Part shown: positions 30,015-39,280 of the stretch, piece by piece
Position numbering within the stretch: the stretch's first letter is position 1
Layout of the letters: every line of letters begins with the position of its first letter
NCBI RefSeq assembly: GCF_036387535.1
Contig: NZ_DASVTO010000072.1
Location: 219-64,218 of the forward strand
Direction: 5' to 3'
DNA length: 64,000 bases
DNA from: Sphingomonas sp.
Lineage (GTDB): Bacteria > Pseudomonadota > Alphaproteobacteria > Sphingomonadales > Sphingomonadaceae
Notes under the pieces: generated by a model
The model's input: the letters and a program-made list of their open reading frames with translations, nothing else
The model's database searches: none
Told to the model about the DNA's origin: nothing
Position numbers and translations under genes: made by a program

Positions 30015-30439
30015 CAGAACAGACCGAAGCTGGCAATGCCCAGCGGTTCCGCCGTGGCGGCGCTGTCGTCGACGCGGCGGAGATCGATGCCGAAGTCGAT
30101 CTGGCGCGCGGTGCCGTCGGCATGGAACTCGCGGTGGCGTTCGTCCAGGCCGGTGATGACATAGGCGCCGTACGCTCGGCCGGAGCCGTCGACCAGCGAC
30201 CATGCCTCGCCGCTGGCCCCCATGTCGCGCAGCTGGTCAAGCGACGCCTGTCCATCCTGCAGCTCGGCGATGGCGGACCCATTGAGCGCAATGGTCTCGT
30301 CGCCGACCCCGAGGAATTGCGAGGCGTCGCGCGCACCGACGCGGGCCTGCTGCGCGTGGCGGTAATCGGTGCGGCGTTGCAGCTCCTGATAGGCGAGCGT
30401 TGGGAGGCTGAAGAGGAACAGGCCGAGCGACATCATCAT
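30014..30439 (-). CDS. U: P2 gpU tail protein
   Basis: MMSLGLFLFSLPTLAYQELQR, QFLGVGDETI, IDFGIDLRRVD. Confidence 0.9.
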   Translation of the reverse strand: MMMSLGLFLFSLPTLAYQELQRRTDYRHAQQARVGARDASQFLGVGDETIALNGSAIAELQDGQASLDQLRDMGASGEAWSLVDGSGRAYGAYVITGLDERHREFHADGTARQIDFGIDLRRVDDSAATAEPLGIASFGLF

Positions 30440-30445
30440 GGTGAA

Positions 30446-33223
30446 TTATCCGTCCTGGGAGTCGGCGTAGGTCGAGCGGGCGCGGGCGGCCTTGTCCCGC
30501 TCGATCTTGCGAAGCGCCTGTTCGAGCAACCGCACGATCATCTGTTCGTCCTGGCCGGGAGCAGCCTGGACTGTGATGTTGTAGGTGTCGCCGCCATAGC
30601 TCCCTGCACGGGAGGCGCCTCGGCCGCTCGATCTGAAACCGGCCTCGCTATGGTCGGCACCCCGAGGAGCCATGCGCGGGGTGGCATCGATGGCGACCTT
30701 TGCAGTGGCCATGGCGGGGGCCGCTGGTAGCGCCAGCGCGGCTGCCATGGTGGGCGCCAGGCGCCTGATCCGGTCGATCGGTCCGCGTTCGCCGCCGGCC
30801 AAGCCCAAGGTCAGGCCGTTCATGACGTGGCCGCCCAACGCCCTGAAGACACGGCTGGGCGAGCGGATAGCCGCGCCGTCCTTGAACCCGCCGGACAGCG
30901 AAGACGCCAACGCCTTGCCGGCGTTCCACAGTCGCCCTGGCGCGCTCTTGATCCCGTTCCACAGGCCCTTGATGATCATGACACCGAAGTCGAAAAACAT
31001 CGTCGGCAAGGTGATGAACGCCGCGCGCATCGCACCCTTGAACGCGTTGATCGCCATGTTCCAGCCGCTCACCAGCATCGCCGGCAGCCGCGTGGTCAGC
31101 CACGCCCACGACCCGGTGACGGCGCCAGTGAGCATGTTCCAGGCTGCGGTCCACCCGGATGCCAGCAGGCCAGGCAGTGTCCTGGTCAACCAACCATAAG
31201 TGGCGGTGCCGAAGCGCACGAGCGCGCCGAACGCATAGCCGATGAAGTAGGCGATCCCCTTCCAAACATCGAGCAGGCTCAGCGAGAAGATTGCCTTTAC
31301 CCCGCTCCACATGTTCTGGAAGACGCCGGTGACCGCCGCGCTGGCGGTTGCGAACCGGGTCTGGATCCCGGTCCACAAGTTGCCGAAGAAGCCGCCGATC
31401 GCGCCCCAATTGCTGTAGATCAGGTAGGCAGCGGCGCCGAGCGCCACGATCGACGCCACGACGGCGGTGGCGATGCCGACGACGGGCAGCAGCCCGACCC
31501 CGAGCGCCGTCGCCACGAACGACAGGGCGGCAAACGGCGCCATGACGGCCGCCAGTGCGATGGCCGCGCCGCCGAAGACGAACAGCAGCCCGGCCACCGC
31601 CGCGGCGAGGATGGCGATGCTCTTGGCGGCGCGCGGGTTGCGGTCCGCCCAGGCGCCGAAGCGGTCCGCCAGCTCGGCCGCCTTGGTCATCAGCGAGGTC
31701 GCGGCGGGCAACAGCACCGAGCCCATGGTGAGGCCGAGTGCCCTGGTCGCAATCTCGTAGCGCTTGGCCTGTTCGGCGCCGTCCTTCAGCCGTTCGGCAA
31801 AGTCGGTGTCGGTGACGCCTTTCGCATTCATGGCGTCGTCGCGGATCCTGCGAAACTCGGCCAGGTTCTCGAGCAGCGGGCGAAGCGCGCCCTGGACCTG
31901 CGCGTCGCCGAACAGATAGGAGAGCTTCGAGCGGTCGCCCTTCAACGCCTTGTCGGTCAGCTCCGTGATGGCCTCGATCGGCGCTTTGCCCTCGGCCGCG
32001 GCCTTCTTCAACGCGGCGGGAAGATCGATGCCGAACTTCGCGAAGTTCTGGTTGGTTTCCTTCGACCCGATCTTGGTGAGCAGGTTGAGCAGGTTGTTGC
32101 CGGCGGTGGCGGCATCGCCGGCGCCCTTGCGCGCGATCTGTGCGCCCGCCGCCAGGTCCGCGACCGCGCGCGTGCCGGTCTGGCCGAGCGCTTGATAGGC
32201 GGCGGTGAGCGCCGGAAACTGGCCGGCCATATCCTTGATCTCGAACGCGCCGGATTTTCCGGCGGCGGCCATGATGTCGATGACCTTGGCGGTTTGCGCG
32301 ATCGGCACCTTGAGATTGTCGTTGGCGGCAAAGGCGGCGGCCGACAGATCGCGGATCTCCGCCTTGTAAGCGGTAGCGCCGCGGCCGATCGGCTTCATCA
32401 TGGCGACCGCCTTGCGCGGATCGAGCCCAAGACCGGACAGCACGTCGACCCCTTCCTGGAGCGCGTCGGGAAGCTGGTTGGCGGCCTTGGCGGCGGCGAT
32501 GAGGCCGAGGCCCATCTTGCGCGCTTCCTCGCGGCTCAGATTGGCCTTTTGGGCGATGTCGGTCATGACCGACTGGTAGGCCATTGCTTCGCGCACCGAC
32601 CCGGTGACCGGGCGGGCCACGGCAATGCCGGCCCCGACGCCGGCGGCGCCGGAGGCGAGCGCGCCGGTGGCGATGTTCATGTTGCGGCCGAAGCCCGCCC
32701 GTGCGGTCGACAGGCGACGGCTGCGATCGGCCAGCGTCTGCATGCGCCTGGTCTGTTCGGACAGCTCCTGGTTGGTCCGACTGGCCTCCTGGCGCAACTC
32801 GCGTTCGTGGCGGGTGAGATCGGTGGTGGCAATGCCGGTGGCGCGCAGCCGGTCGCGCAGCTCGCCGAGCCGGTGGGTATTGGCCTGGTGCTGCGTCTCG
32901 AGGCCGGCGGCCTCGCGCTTGGCCTGGTTGAACTCGGCGCGCAGCTTACGGCTCGGCGCCTCCGTCTGCGCCAGCGCGCGGCCGAGCGCTGTCACCCGCG
33001 TGCGCGCCGCATCGAGCGCGGCCTCCGACGTCTTCAGCCCGCCCTTCAGCTCGCGGAAGCCGGCAATATCCTTCTGTGCGCGGTCGATAGCCTGGAGCCG
33101 ATCGCGCATCGCCTTCAACGAAGCGGCCGCCTTGGTGGAGCCGCCGGCGAGATCGCGAAGCGGCCGGGTGAACTTGTCCGACGCTTCGAGCAGCATGCGG
33201 ATCCGCAGGTTGCGATCGGCCAC
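30446..33223 (-). CDS. T: Tail tape measure protein
   Basis: 925 aa Ala-rich coiled coil, TP901-like core, hydrophobic segment, IRSPSRVF. Confidence 0.93.
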   Translation of the reverse strand: MADRNLRIRMLLEASDKFTRPLRDLAGGSTKAAASLKAMRDRLQAIDRAQKDIAGFRELKGGLKTSEAALDAARTRVTALGRALAQTEAPSRKLRAEFNQAKREAAGLETQHQANTHRLGELRDRLRATGIATTDLTRHERELRQEASRTNQELSEQTRRMQTLADRSRRLSTARAGFGRNMNIATGALASGAAGVGAGIAVARPVTGSVREAMAYQSVMTDIAQKANLSREEARKMGLGLIAAAKAANQLPDALQEGVDVLSGLGLDPRKAVAMMKPIGRGATAYKAEIRDLSAAAFAANDNLKVPIAQTAKVIDIMAAAGKSGAFEIKDMAGQFPALTAAYQALGQTGTRAVADLAAGAQIARKGAGDAATAGNNLLNLLTKIGSKETNQNFAKFGIDLPAALKKAAAEGKAPIEAITELTDKALKGDRSKLSYLFGDAQVQGALRPLLENLAEFRRIRDDAMNAKGVTDTDFAERLKDGAEQAKRYEIATRALGLTMGSVLLPAATSLMTKAAELADRFGAWADRNPRAAKSIAILAAAVAGLLFVFGGAAIALAAVMAPFAALSFVATALGVGLLPVVGIATAVVASIVALGAAAYLIYSNWGAIGGFFGNLWTGIQTRFATASAAVTGVFQNMWSGVKAIFSLSLLDVWKGIAYFIGYAFGALVRFGTATYGWLTRTLPGLLASGWTAAWNMLTGAVTGSWAWLTTRLPAMLVSGWNMAINAFKGAMRAAFITLPTMFFDFGVMIIKGLWNGIKSAPGRLWNAGKALASSLSGGFKDGAAIRSPSRVFRALGGHVMNGLTLGLAGGERGPIDRIRRLAPTMAAALALPAAPAMATAKVAIDATPRMAPRGADHSEAGFRSSGRGASRAGSYGGDTYNITVQAAPGQDEQMIVRLLEQALRKIERDKAARARSTYADSQDG

Positions 33224-33232
33224 GGCGGTTCC

Positions 33233-33349
33233 TTACTGATCGAGATTATGGCGGGCGATGGCACGCGCGCGCCACTGCATCAGCTCGGGCAGGCTCATCT
33301 GATCCATGACAGACGGCGACCAGTGGAAGACGATCGCCAGATCCGCCAT
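33233..33349 (-). CDS. E': gpE' frameshift extension of the tail assembly chaperone
   Basis: MADLAIVFHWSPSVMDQMSLPELMQWRARA, open in the -1 frame from the slippery site. Confidence 0.85.
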   Translation of the reverse strand: MADLAIVFHWSPSVMDQMSLPELMQWRARAIARHNLDQ

Positions 33350-33357
33350 CGGCTCTT

Positions 33358-33678
33358 CTACGCGGTCGGGAAGTCCGCCTTCGCGGCTTTCGGCAACAAA
33401 AAATCGATGACCTCGCTACCGAACTGCATCAGGTCGGCCGGGTCCATGGCGGCGACGTGCTGCTTGTGCAGGATCGGCGATGTAATGCGCGGCGCGATGG
33501 TTTCGAGCGACGCATAGTCACCCTGGCCTAGCGCGACGAGGGTCAAGCCGCGCAGCTCGCCGGCGCCGGGCTTCCGCACCGTTACGGTCGTGCCAGCCTG
33601 GTGGACGACGGTGTCGGCGACCTTGATGTCATAGTCGAGCGTGAAGCTGGCGAGGGCGACGGTGGACGTATCAGTCAT
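33358..33678 (-). CDS. E: gpE tail assembly chaperone
   Basis: VRKPGAGELRGL, PRITSP, MDPADL; TTTTTTG slippery site at 33397-33403. Confidence 0.9.
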   Translation of the reverse strand: MTDTSTVALASFTLDYDIKVADTVVHQAGTTVTVRKPGAGELRGLTLVALGQGDYASLETIAPRITSPILHKQHVAAMDPADLMQFGSEVIDFLLPKAAKADFPTA

Positions 33679-33734
33679 GGGACGGCTTTCGATCTAGGAG
33701 GCGGAGGGGATGCCCGGCCGGTGCCGAGCGGGGG

Positions 33735-34241
33735 TCAGATGCCGAGCGCGTTGCGCCGCTGCTCGAGAAGGTCGATGCCGTTCACGATCTCGACCATGTT
33801 GATGACGTCGACCTCGATCAGCGTCTCGCCGTTCCAGATCATCTTGTAGTAGGCGAGCGCGAGCTTGGTCTTCTGCTCGGTCTTCTCGCCCACCTTCTGT
33901 TCGCCGGGGTCCAGCTCCTCGGTGCGACCGCGCACGACATGCTCGACCACGTCCAACTCGCCCGTATCGTCATTCTGGTAGGTGCCGACCAGGCGCAGCA
34001 TCTGGCCGGAGATGCTGCCGCCATATTGCGCATAGAGATCGCGCATCGGGCTGGCGGTGACGATCTCGCATTCCAGCGCCTCGCCACCCATGTCGATCTT
34101 GACCGGCCGGTCCATGCCGCCCGAGCGATGATCTTCGAGCTTGCGGACCAGCTTCGGCGGGGTGAACGCCATGGCATCGCCGACATAGGCAGCGCCGGCG
34201 TTGAAGATCATGATGTCCTTGATGTTGCGCGGAAAGGCCAT
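33735..34241 (-). CDS. FII: Tail tube protein FII
   Basis: PPKLVRKLEDHRSGGM, YYKMIWNGETLIEVD, RRNALGI. Confidence 0.93.
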   Translation of the reverse strand: MAFPRNIKDIMIFNAGAAYVGDAMAFTPPKLVRKLEDHRSGGMDRPVKIDMGGEALECEIVTASPMRDLYAQYGGSISGQMLRLVGTYQNDDTGELDVVEHVVRGRTEELDPGEQKVGEKTEQKTKLALAYYKMIWNGETLIEVDVINMVEIVNGIDLLEQRRNALGI

Positions 34242-34292
34242 GCGGGGCTCCTGTCGGTCGAATCGGGCGGGCTAAGAGGCGATGCGCCGCGA

Positions 34293-35468
34293 TCAGGCGG
34301 CGTTGGCGGCGACGCCGGCGGCGAGATCGGCGAAATAGCTGTCGGTGATGCGCTGGATCAGCGTCATCGATTCCAGCGGCGGCGTCGGGGTGTAATCGTA
34401 ATCGATCGTCACCTTGCCGGCCGACAGGCTCGTCGTCGGGTTCTTGGCGACGTCGAACCACGCCTCCCCGCCCAGGATCAGCCCGGCGGTGCGCAGCTGG
34501 CGCAGCTCCGCATTGATGATCTCGACGATGTCGCGCACCAGGCTCGGCCGCAGCGGCTTGTCGATCGCCCAGGTCATGCCGGCGGCGATCGTATCCTGCA
34601 GCACCTGGGCGGTGCGGGTCGCGCTTTCGAACGCGAACAGCGGGTCGGCCGAGCAGGTGCGCTGACCCCAGATGCGGAAGCCGCCGCCAGTGCGGACGAT
34701 GGTCGAGACCTGCGCGGCGTTGAGCAGGTTCGCCTCGCACGCCGGATCCTGGATATCGAACTGGATATCCTTGGTGGTGCCCAGCACGCCCAGGACCGGG
34801 ACATTGCTGATCGTCTTGTTCCAGCCCTGCTCGGCATCGATCGCGGCGCGCAGGCCCATCGCGCGGGCGGTGGCGAAACTGGTGGCGTTGGCGCCGGTGG
34901 CGGCATCGAACGCGATGAAATCGGGGGTGAGCAGCATCAGCTCGCGCGACGCGAAGCCGCCGCGGTAGGTGATGGCGGCGGCGATGTCGGCGCCGATCGC
35001 GGCGGCATAGACCATCGCGCGCAGCTTCTTCGCGATCACAGTCAGCGCGGTGGTGACCGCCGCCGTGTCGAGGCCAGGCGCGCCGAGGATGCGCGGTTTG
35101 ATGCCGAGCCGGCCCTCGGCCGCGAGCAGCGCCTGCATGCCCGTCTTTAGCCCTTGTGGCGTCGTGGTGCCGATGACGCTGGCGTTCGTGGCGGCGGCGT
35201 CTGCACCGGGGGCGACGCGGATCACGATCAGGACCGGCCGCGCCTGATCGGCGATGGCGCGGAGCGCGCCGTGGAGCGTGCCGGCGACACCGGCCTTCCC
35301 GATCGCGGCGTCCAGGTCGGTGATGAGGACGGGCGTGTCGAGCGGGAAGACGGTCGCATCGGCATCGGGCGCGGTCGCGAGCAGGCCGATGACGGCGGTG
35401 GCGACGGTGACCAGGCTGCGCTGGGCCGCGCTGGTCTCGGTAACGGAAATGCCGTGCGAATAGGCCAT
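34293..35468 (-). CDS. FI: Tail sheath protein FI
   Basis: MAYSHGISV, FPLDTPVL, KPRILGAPG, GWNKTISN, GFRIWGQRTCS, DYDYTPTPPLE. Confidence 0.95.
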   Translation of the reverse strand: MAYSHGISVTETSAAQRSLVTVATAVIGLLATAPDADATVFPLDTPVLITDLDAAIGKAGVAGTLHGALRAIADQARPVLIVIRVAPGADAAATNASVIGTTTPQGLKTGMQALLAAEGRLGIKPRILGAPGLDTAAVTTALTVIAKKLRAMVYAAAIGADIAAAITYRGGFASRELMLLTPDFIAFDAATGANATSFATARAMGLRAAIDAEQGWNKTISNVPVLGVLGTTKDIQFDIQDPACEANLLNAAQVSTIVRTGGGFRIWGQRTCSADPLFAFESATRTAQVLQDTIAAGMTWAIDKPLRPSLVRDIVEIINAELRQLRTAGLILGGEAWFDVAKNPTTSLSAGKVTIDYDYTPTPPLESMTLIQRITDSYFADLAAGVAANAA

Positions 35469-35479
35469 GCGGAATCCTT

Positions 35480-35851
35480 TCAGGCGAGCGAAGCGGAGGT
35501 GTAGGAGACGTCGAGACGGACGCGGGTGCCGGCGCCGGCGGGGGCGAGGACATCGAGACGCTGCGCATCGAGCGAGAGGACAAAGGCCCCCGGGACAGCG
35601 CCCGCCGCCAAGGTCACCGCCAGCAGGCGGATGCGCGGTTCCCAGCGGAGCAGCGCCATGGCGGTCGCGGCATAGATGCGCAGGCGCAGCGCCGGGGTGA
35701 CGGGCCGGTCGATCAGGTCGGGAAGATCGGAGCCATAGTCGCGGAGCGCGACGCGCGATCCGATCGGCGTGAACAGGATGTCGGCGACCGACTGGCGGAG
35801 ATGGTCGGCGCCGGCGAGCGGCTTGCCGGTGCGCGCGTCCATGCCGGTCAT
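35480..35851 (-). CDS. W: gpW/gp25 baseplate wedge protein
   Basis: GMDARTGKPL, HLRQSVADILFTPIGSRV, RDYGS, RWEPRI. Confidence 0.92.
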   Translation of the reverse strand: MTGMDARTGKPLAGADHLRQSVADILFTPIGSRVALRDYGSDLPDLIDRPVTPALRLRIYAATAMALLRWEPRIRLLAVTLAAGAVPGAFVLSLDAQRLDVLAPAGAGTRVRLDVSYTSASLA

Positions 35852-36429
35852 GGCAGCGCCAGCGGTGCGAGCGTCTTGGCTGGGCCAGATTGGACACCGG
35901 GATGGACATGCTTGGCCAGGCTGATCCCGGCGCCCTTCACATCGCCATCGACATCGGCCTTGCCGCCGACGTCGAGATCGTCGCGGACGCTGAGCGTCCC
36001 CCAGATTTCGACCGGGCCGACCAGCGTGATGCCGTCCGGTGCCTCGATCTCGGCTCGGCCGCCGGCGGGCAGCTTGGCGACCAGCCGATGCGCCGCAGCG
36101 TCGTAGCTGATCTCGGCGCCGTCGACGAAGCGCAGCAGCTCGACATCCTCGGCCGCGGCCGGGGCAGGATTGGCATCCGAATAGAGGCCGAGCAGCACGA
36201 CGCCGGCGGCGGTGTCGCCCTCCGGGCAGAGCAGAAGGCATTGCTCGCCGATGGTCGGTGGCGACCAGGCCGCGGTGCCGCCGGCGCGGAACGCCAGCCA
36301 CGGCACCTCGTCAGTCAGCAGATTGCCGATCCGGACGATGCAGGTGGCGTTGGCGTGATCGATCGACGCGACGATGCCCGTACGGATGACATCGCCGATC
36401 AGGCGCTGGAGGTCGGCAGGGTCGCTCAT
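35848..36429 (-). CDS. V: gpV baseplate spike
   Basis: IRTGIVASID, WSPPTIGEQ, C-terminal KHVHPGVQSG. Confidence 0.93.
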   Translation of the reverse strand: MSDPADLQRLIGDVIRTGIVASIDHANATCIVRIGNLLTDEVPWLAFRAGGTAAWSPPTIGEQCLLLCPEGDTAAGVVLLGLYSDANPAPAAAEDVELLRFVDGAEISYDAAAHRLVAKLPAGGRAEIEAPDGITLVGPVEIWGTLSVRDDLDVGGKADVDGDVKGAGISLAKHVHPGVQSGPAKTLAPLALP

Positions 36430-36475
36430 GGTGCCGAACCATGGCGCGCGCGCCGATTTCGTGCGCGGCCCCGGT

Positions 36476-36498
36476 CTTGTAGAATGCGTTTCTACAAG
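36476..36498. promoter_or_regulatory. Late-promoter activator site upstream of V
   Basis: CTTGTAGA-N7-TCTACAAG palindrome, repeated at 45206 and 56405. Confidence 0.8.
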
Positions 36499-36746
36499 GC
36501 TCGACGGTTCGGAGGAGCATCGATCGCGGCCTCAAGCTGATCGCCCAGGACCGCCATCAGAGCGGAGAGATCGCCGCGCGAGACCGGGGCTTCGCCGCAC
36601 CAGGTCACCGTGCCGCCGTCATGGAGCAGGTCGGCCAGTCCCCGCATCGCATCGCGCACGGTGATCAGGCGCGCATGCGGGTCCGGATCGATGACGTCCC
36701 GCGATCGATCGACCGGGCTGATATCCTCGGTGGCCAGCAACCGCAT
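36492..36746 (-). CDS. Hypothetical protein
   Basis: Follows 36748-36966 after 1 bp; TAG stop lies within the palindrome. Confidence 0.55.
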   Translation of the reverse strand: MRLLATEDISPVDRSRDVIDPDPHARLITVRDAMRGLADLLHDGGTVTWCGEAPVSRGDLSALMAVLGDQLEAAIDAPPNRRAL

Positions 36747-36747
36747 T

Positions 36748-36966
36748 TCAATGCACCCGCGACGGGATGCGAAGCGGTCGGACCGCAAGCACGGCCAGCT
36801 CGGCGCGGTGCAGGCGTTCGATCAGTTCGTCGCGGGCGCCCGTCACCACCGCGCAGCGGATGGTGCAGCGTGCGCACCCGATCGCACAACCGGGCGTGTC
36901 GCGGAGGAGGTCCGCGTCCTGCCATTCGGGCAAGACTATGCTATGGCTGCGCTCAGCTTGGGCCAT
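36748..36966 (-). CDS. Small hypothetical protein with structured leader
   Basis: GGAG RBS, MAQAERSHSI start, leader hairpin at 36992-37026. Confidence 0.55.
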   Translation of the reverse strand: MAQAERSHSIVLPEWQDADLLRDTPGCAIGCARCTIRCAVVTGARDELIERLHRAELAVLAVRPLRIPSRVH

Positions 36967-37034
36967 CGGGTAAGCTCCGTGGTTCGAGTTAGGAGCGGGA
37001 GAGCGCTGTAACGCTCTTCCGCTTCCGCATTTCT
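36950..37034 (+). ncRNA. Putative cis-antisense RNA to the 36966 gene leader
   Basis: CTGCCA-N17-TATGGC (36919-36947) inside the gene 5' end; terminator-like hairpin 36992-37026 followed by GCATTTCT. Confidence 0.4.
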
Positions 37035-37051
37035 GACGTTATAAACTCCGC

Positions 37052-37228
37052 ATGTCAATTGTTGCCGTCAAAAAGGTAGGACGTCCAAAGGCGGACACCG
37101 AAGCTGTCACTGTCAGGGTGGAGCGCCGCATGCTCGCCGCCATTGATAGCTGGATCGCGCAACAGCCGGACGCGCCGTCCCGACCGGAGGCGCTACGCCG
37201 ACTGGCGCGCAAGGGTTTGGACCTATGA
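37052..37228 (+). CDS. 58-aa ribbon-helix-helix (Arc/CopG-like) regulator (not in ORF track)
   Basis: MSIVAVKKVGRPKADTEAVTVRVERRMLAAIDSWIAQQPDAPSRPEALRRLARKGLDL. Confidence 0.8.
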   Translation: MSIVAVKKVGRPKADTEAVTVRVERRMLAAIDSWIAQQPDAPSRPEALRRLARKGLDL

Positions 37229-37596
37229 TATGGTCCCCAATCATAGACACATTGAACGGCATCGCCTTAACGCTGGCGATCGTTGCGCTTATCAACTTGA
37301 TCAAGCTGCGCCGTACGATCGGTGGGGCTGAGCCGCTCATACAGGGACATCAGGCGGAGGATCTCGATATACGGCGCCGGCGTGCGGCCAAGCGGTTCAA
37401 TGAGCGACTGAAGCTCCTAGCGAACTTTTTGAACACGGTCGGTGCGGCATGCCTGTTAACGATCCTTGTGGTTCCTTTTGCTACAGCGGACGTTGTACGA
37501 GAACCTGTGCTAAGAGCGCTGTTCGGTACAGGCATCGCAGCCGTACTGCATATCAGCGCACAGCTTGTGCTGTTCGCGTGGAAGTCGGAGGAGTGA
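37225..37596 (+). CDS. Three-TM accessory membrane protein
   Basis: Hydrophobic helices, NERLKLLANFLNTVG, lower GC, ATGA-coupled to the RHH gene. Confidence 0.65.
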   Translation: MIWSPIIDTLNGIALTLAIVALINLIKLRRTIGGAEPLIQGHQAEDLDIRRRRAAKRFNERLKLLANFLNTVGAACLLTILVVPFATADVVREPVLRALFGTGIAAVLHISAQLVLFAWKSEE

Positions 37597-37601
37597 AGCG
37601 T

Positions 37602-37718
37602 ATGGAACTGCCGATTGCGATCGCATCCTGCGCGTTCCTGCTCGCCACTCTTTCGGTCGTAATCGTTCAGCGTGCCTCGCGTGCGTTCGACCGTAAATAT
37701 CATATCGGCGGGGAGTAG
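37602..37718 (+). CDS. 38-aa single-TM peptide
   Basis: GGAGGAG RBS; MELPIAIASCAFLLATLSVVIVQRASRAFDRKYHIGGE. Confidence 0.5.
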   Translation: MELPIAIASCAFLLATLSVVIVQRASRAFDRKYHIGGE

Positions 37719-37749
37719 GCGCTGAGGCGGATAGTAATCCGCCCCGCTC

Positions 37750-38580
37750 CTAATCGTTTGCCGCTTCCAACAGGATGCTCCTCTCGTTCGAGATCAGCAG
37801 CTCGGCGGCCTTGGTCGGCATGCCGGAACCAACCGTGTAGATGGTCGGCACCGGGACCATGCAGAAGCCGGCGAAGATCGTCCGCACGTCCGGATTGTCG
37901 TTGATCGACAACAGGAAGCCGCCCTTGATCGCGCGCAGCTGCGCCGCCAGGCGGGCGAAGTCGTCGGGTGCGAAGACCCCAGGGCCATAGTCCCCTTCGC
38001 ACTGCCAGTAGGGCGGATCGAGGTAGAAGAGCGCGCCGTCGCGGTCATATCGGCGAATGAAGTCGCCATAGGGCAGACGCTCGATCGTCACGCCCTGGAG
38101 CCGGTCATGCAGATCGGCGAGCATGGGTTCGAGCTTGCCGACGTCGAACCGCGCCGGGTTGCTCGCATCGACGCCGTAGGTCCGCCCGGCCACCCGCCCG
38201 CCGAACGCCAGCCGCTGCAAATACAGGAACCGGCAGGCGCGTTGCAGATCGGTCAGCCGTTCCGGATCCTGCCCGAGCAGGCGTTCAAATTCGGCGCGGC
38301 CGGCGACACGGAAGCGCAGCATGTCGATCATGTAAGGATAATGCTCGGCAAGACAGCGGAACAGGCCGGACACGTCACCGCTGATATCGTTGATCGCCTC
38401 GGCGCGCGGCCGGCGCGTGCGGCGCAGGAAGATGCCGCCCATGCCGACGAAGGGTTCGGCGTAGCTGGTGTGCGGCGTGCGATCGAGGATCGCGCAGATG
38501 CGCTTGGCGAGGTTGCGCTTGCCGCCGATATAGCCGGCGACGGGTCGCGTGGGGGCGACGGGGAAAAGGTCGATAGACAA
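37750..38580 (-). CDS. Orphan D12-class N6-adenine DNA methyltransferase
   Basis: YIGGKRNLA, YAEPFVGMGGI (motif I), YLDPPY (motif IV); TTG start. Confidence 0.92.
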   Translation of the reverse strand: MSIDLFPVAPTRPVAGYIGGKRNLAKRICAILDRTPHTSYAEPFVGMGGIFLRRTRRPRAEAINDISGDVSGLFRCLAEHYPYMIDMLRFRVAGRAEFERLLGQDPERLTDLQRACRFLYLQRLAFGGRVAGRTYGVDASNPARFDVGKLEPMLADLHDRLQGVTIERLPYGDFIRRYDRDGALFYLDPPYWQCEGDYGPGVFAPDDFARLAAQLRAIKGGFLLSINDNPDVRTIFAGFCMVPVPTIYTVGSGMPTKAAELLISNERSILLEAAND

Positions 38581-38674
38581 GTAGGATTTCCTGCAAGAGA
38601 TGGCGTCCCGGCCGGGTCCACTGGCGGGGGATGCGCGCGTGCAGGCGCTTCAGGATCGGGGCACCGTTCCGCCC

Positions 38675-39280
38675 CTATTCGGGCCAGCCGTCCTCGACAT
38701 CGACCGGGGTGCCGGCCGCGATCCTATCTTTCAAGTCCCAGCTATGCGCCAGGATCGCGCGGCCCCAGCCGGCCATGCCGAGCAGCACGTCCAGCCCCTC
38801 CTGATAGGTGACGGTGATCGTGGCATTCGACGCGGTCCGGAAGCTGGCGTCTACGACGTCACCGAAGCCGGCCGCGACTGCGGCGGAATAGCTGATCTGA
38901 CTGGTGAGCCAGTTGGTCTTGTCGTCGACGTCGCGCAGCTGGAGACGGTGGCCCGCGAACGCCGGTGACGCCGGCGCATAGCCGCCCAGGAACACGCGCT
39001 GGGCGCGCGCATCGACCGCGTCGCGGCGCGCGGCCATGGCAGCGGCGGCACGGGCGGCGAGGATGTCGGCCGCGATCGGCGTCACCCGCCAGTCGCCATC
39101 CACCCAGGCGATCGTCTCGATCTCCGGATCGATCGCAGGCGCGGCCGGCGCTTCGACCCAGCCGCAGGCGACGCGGCCGTCCGGATTGTTGGCGAGGTCC
39201 GACCAGAGATTTTGATCGGCATCCTGGTCGAAATAGGGGAGCGGTTGCGGTTCGCCGCCGGCGCGCATCCAGAGCGTCAT
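38675..39280 (-). CDS. Tail fibre assembly-like / DUF4376-like protein
   Basis: Last gene of the fibre module; FRTASNATITVT...HSWDLKDRI. Confidence 0.55.
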   Translation of the reverse strand: MTLWMRAGGEPQPLPYFDQDADQNLWSDLANNPDGRVACGWVEAPAAPAIDPEIETIAWVDGDWRVTPIAADILAARAAAAMAARRDAVDARAQRVFLGGYAPASPAFAGHRLQLRDVDDKTNWLTSQISYSAAVAAGFGDVVDASFRTASNATITVTYQEGLDVLLGMAGWGRAILAHSWDLKDRIAAGTPVDVEDGWPE

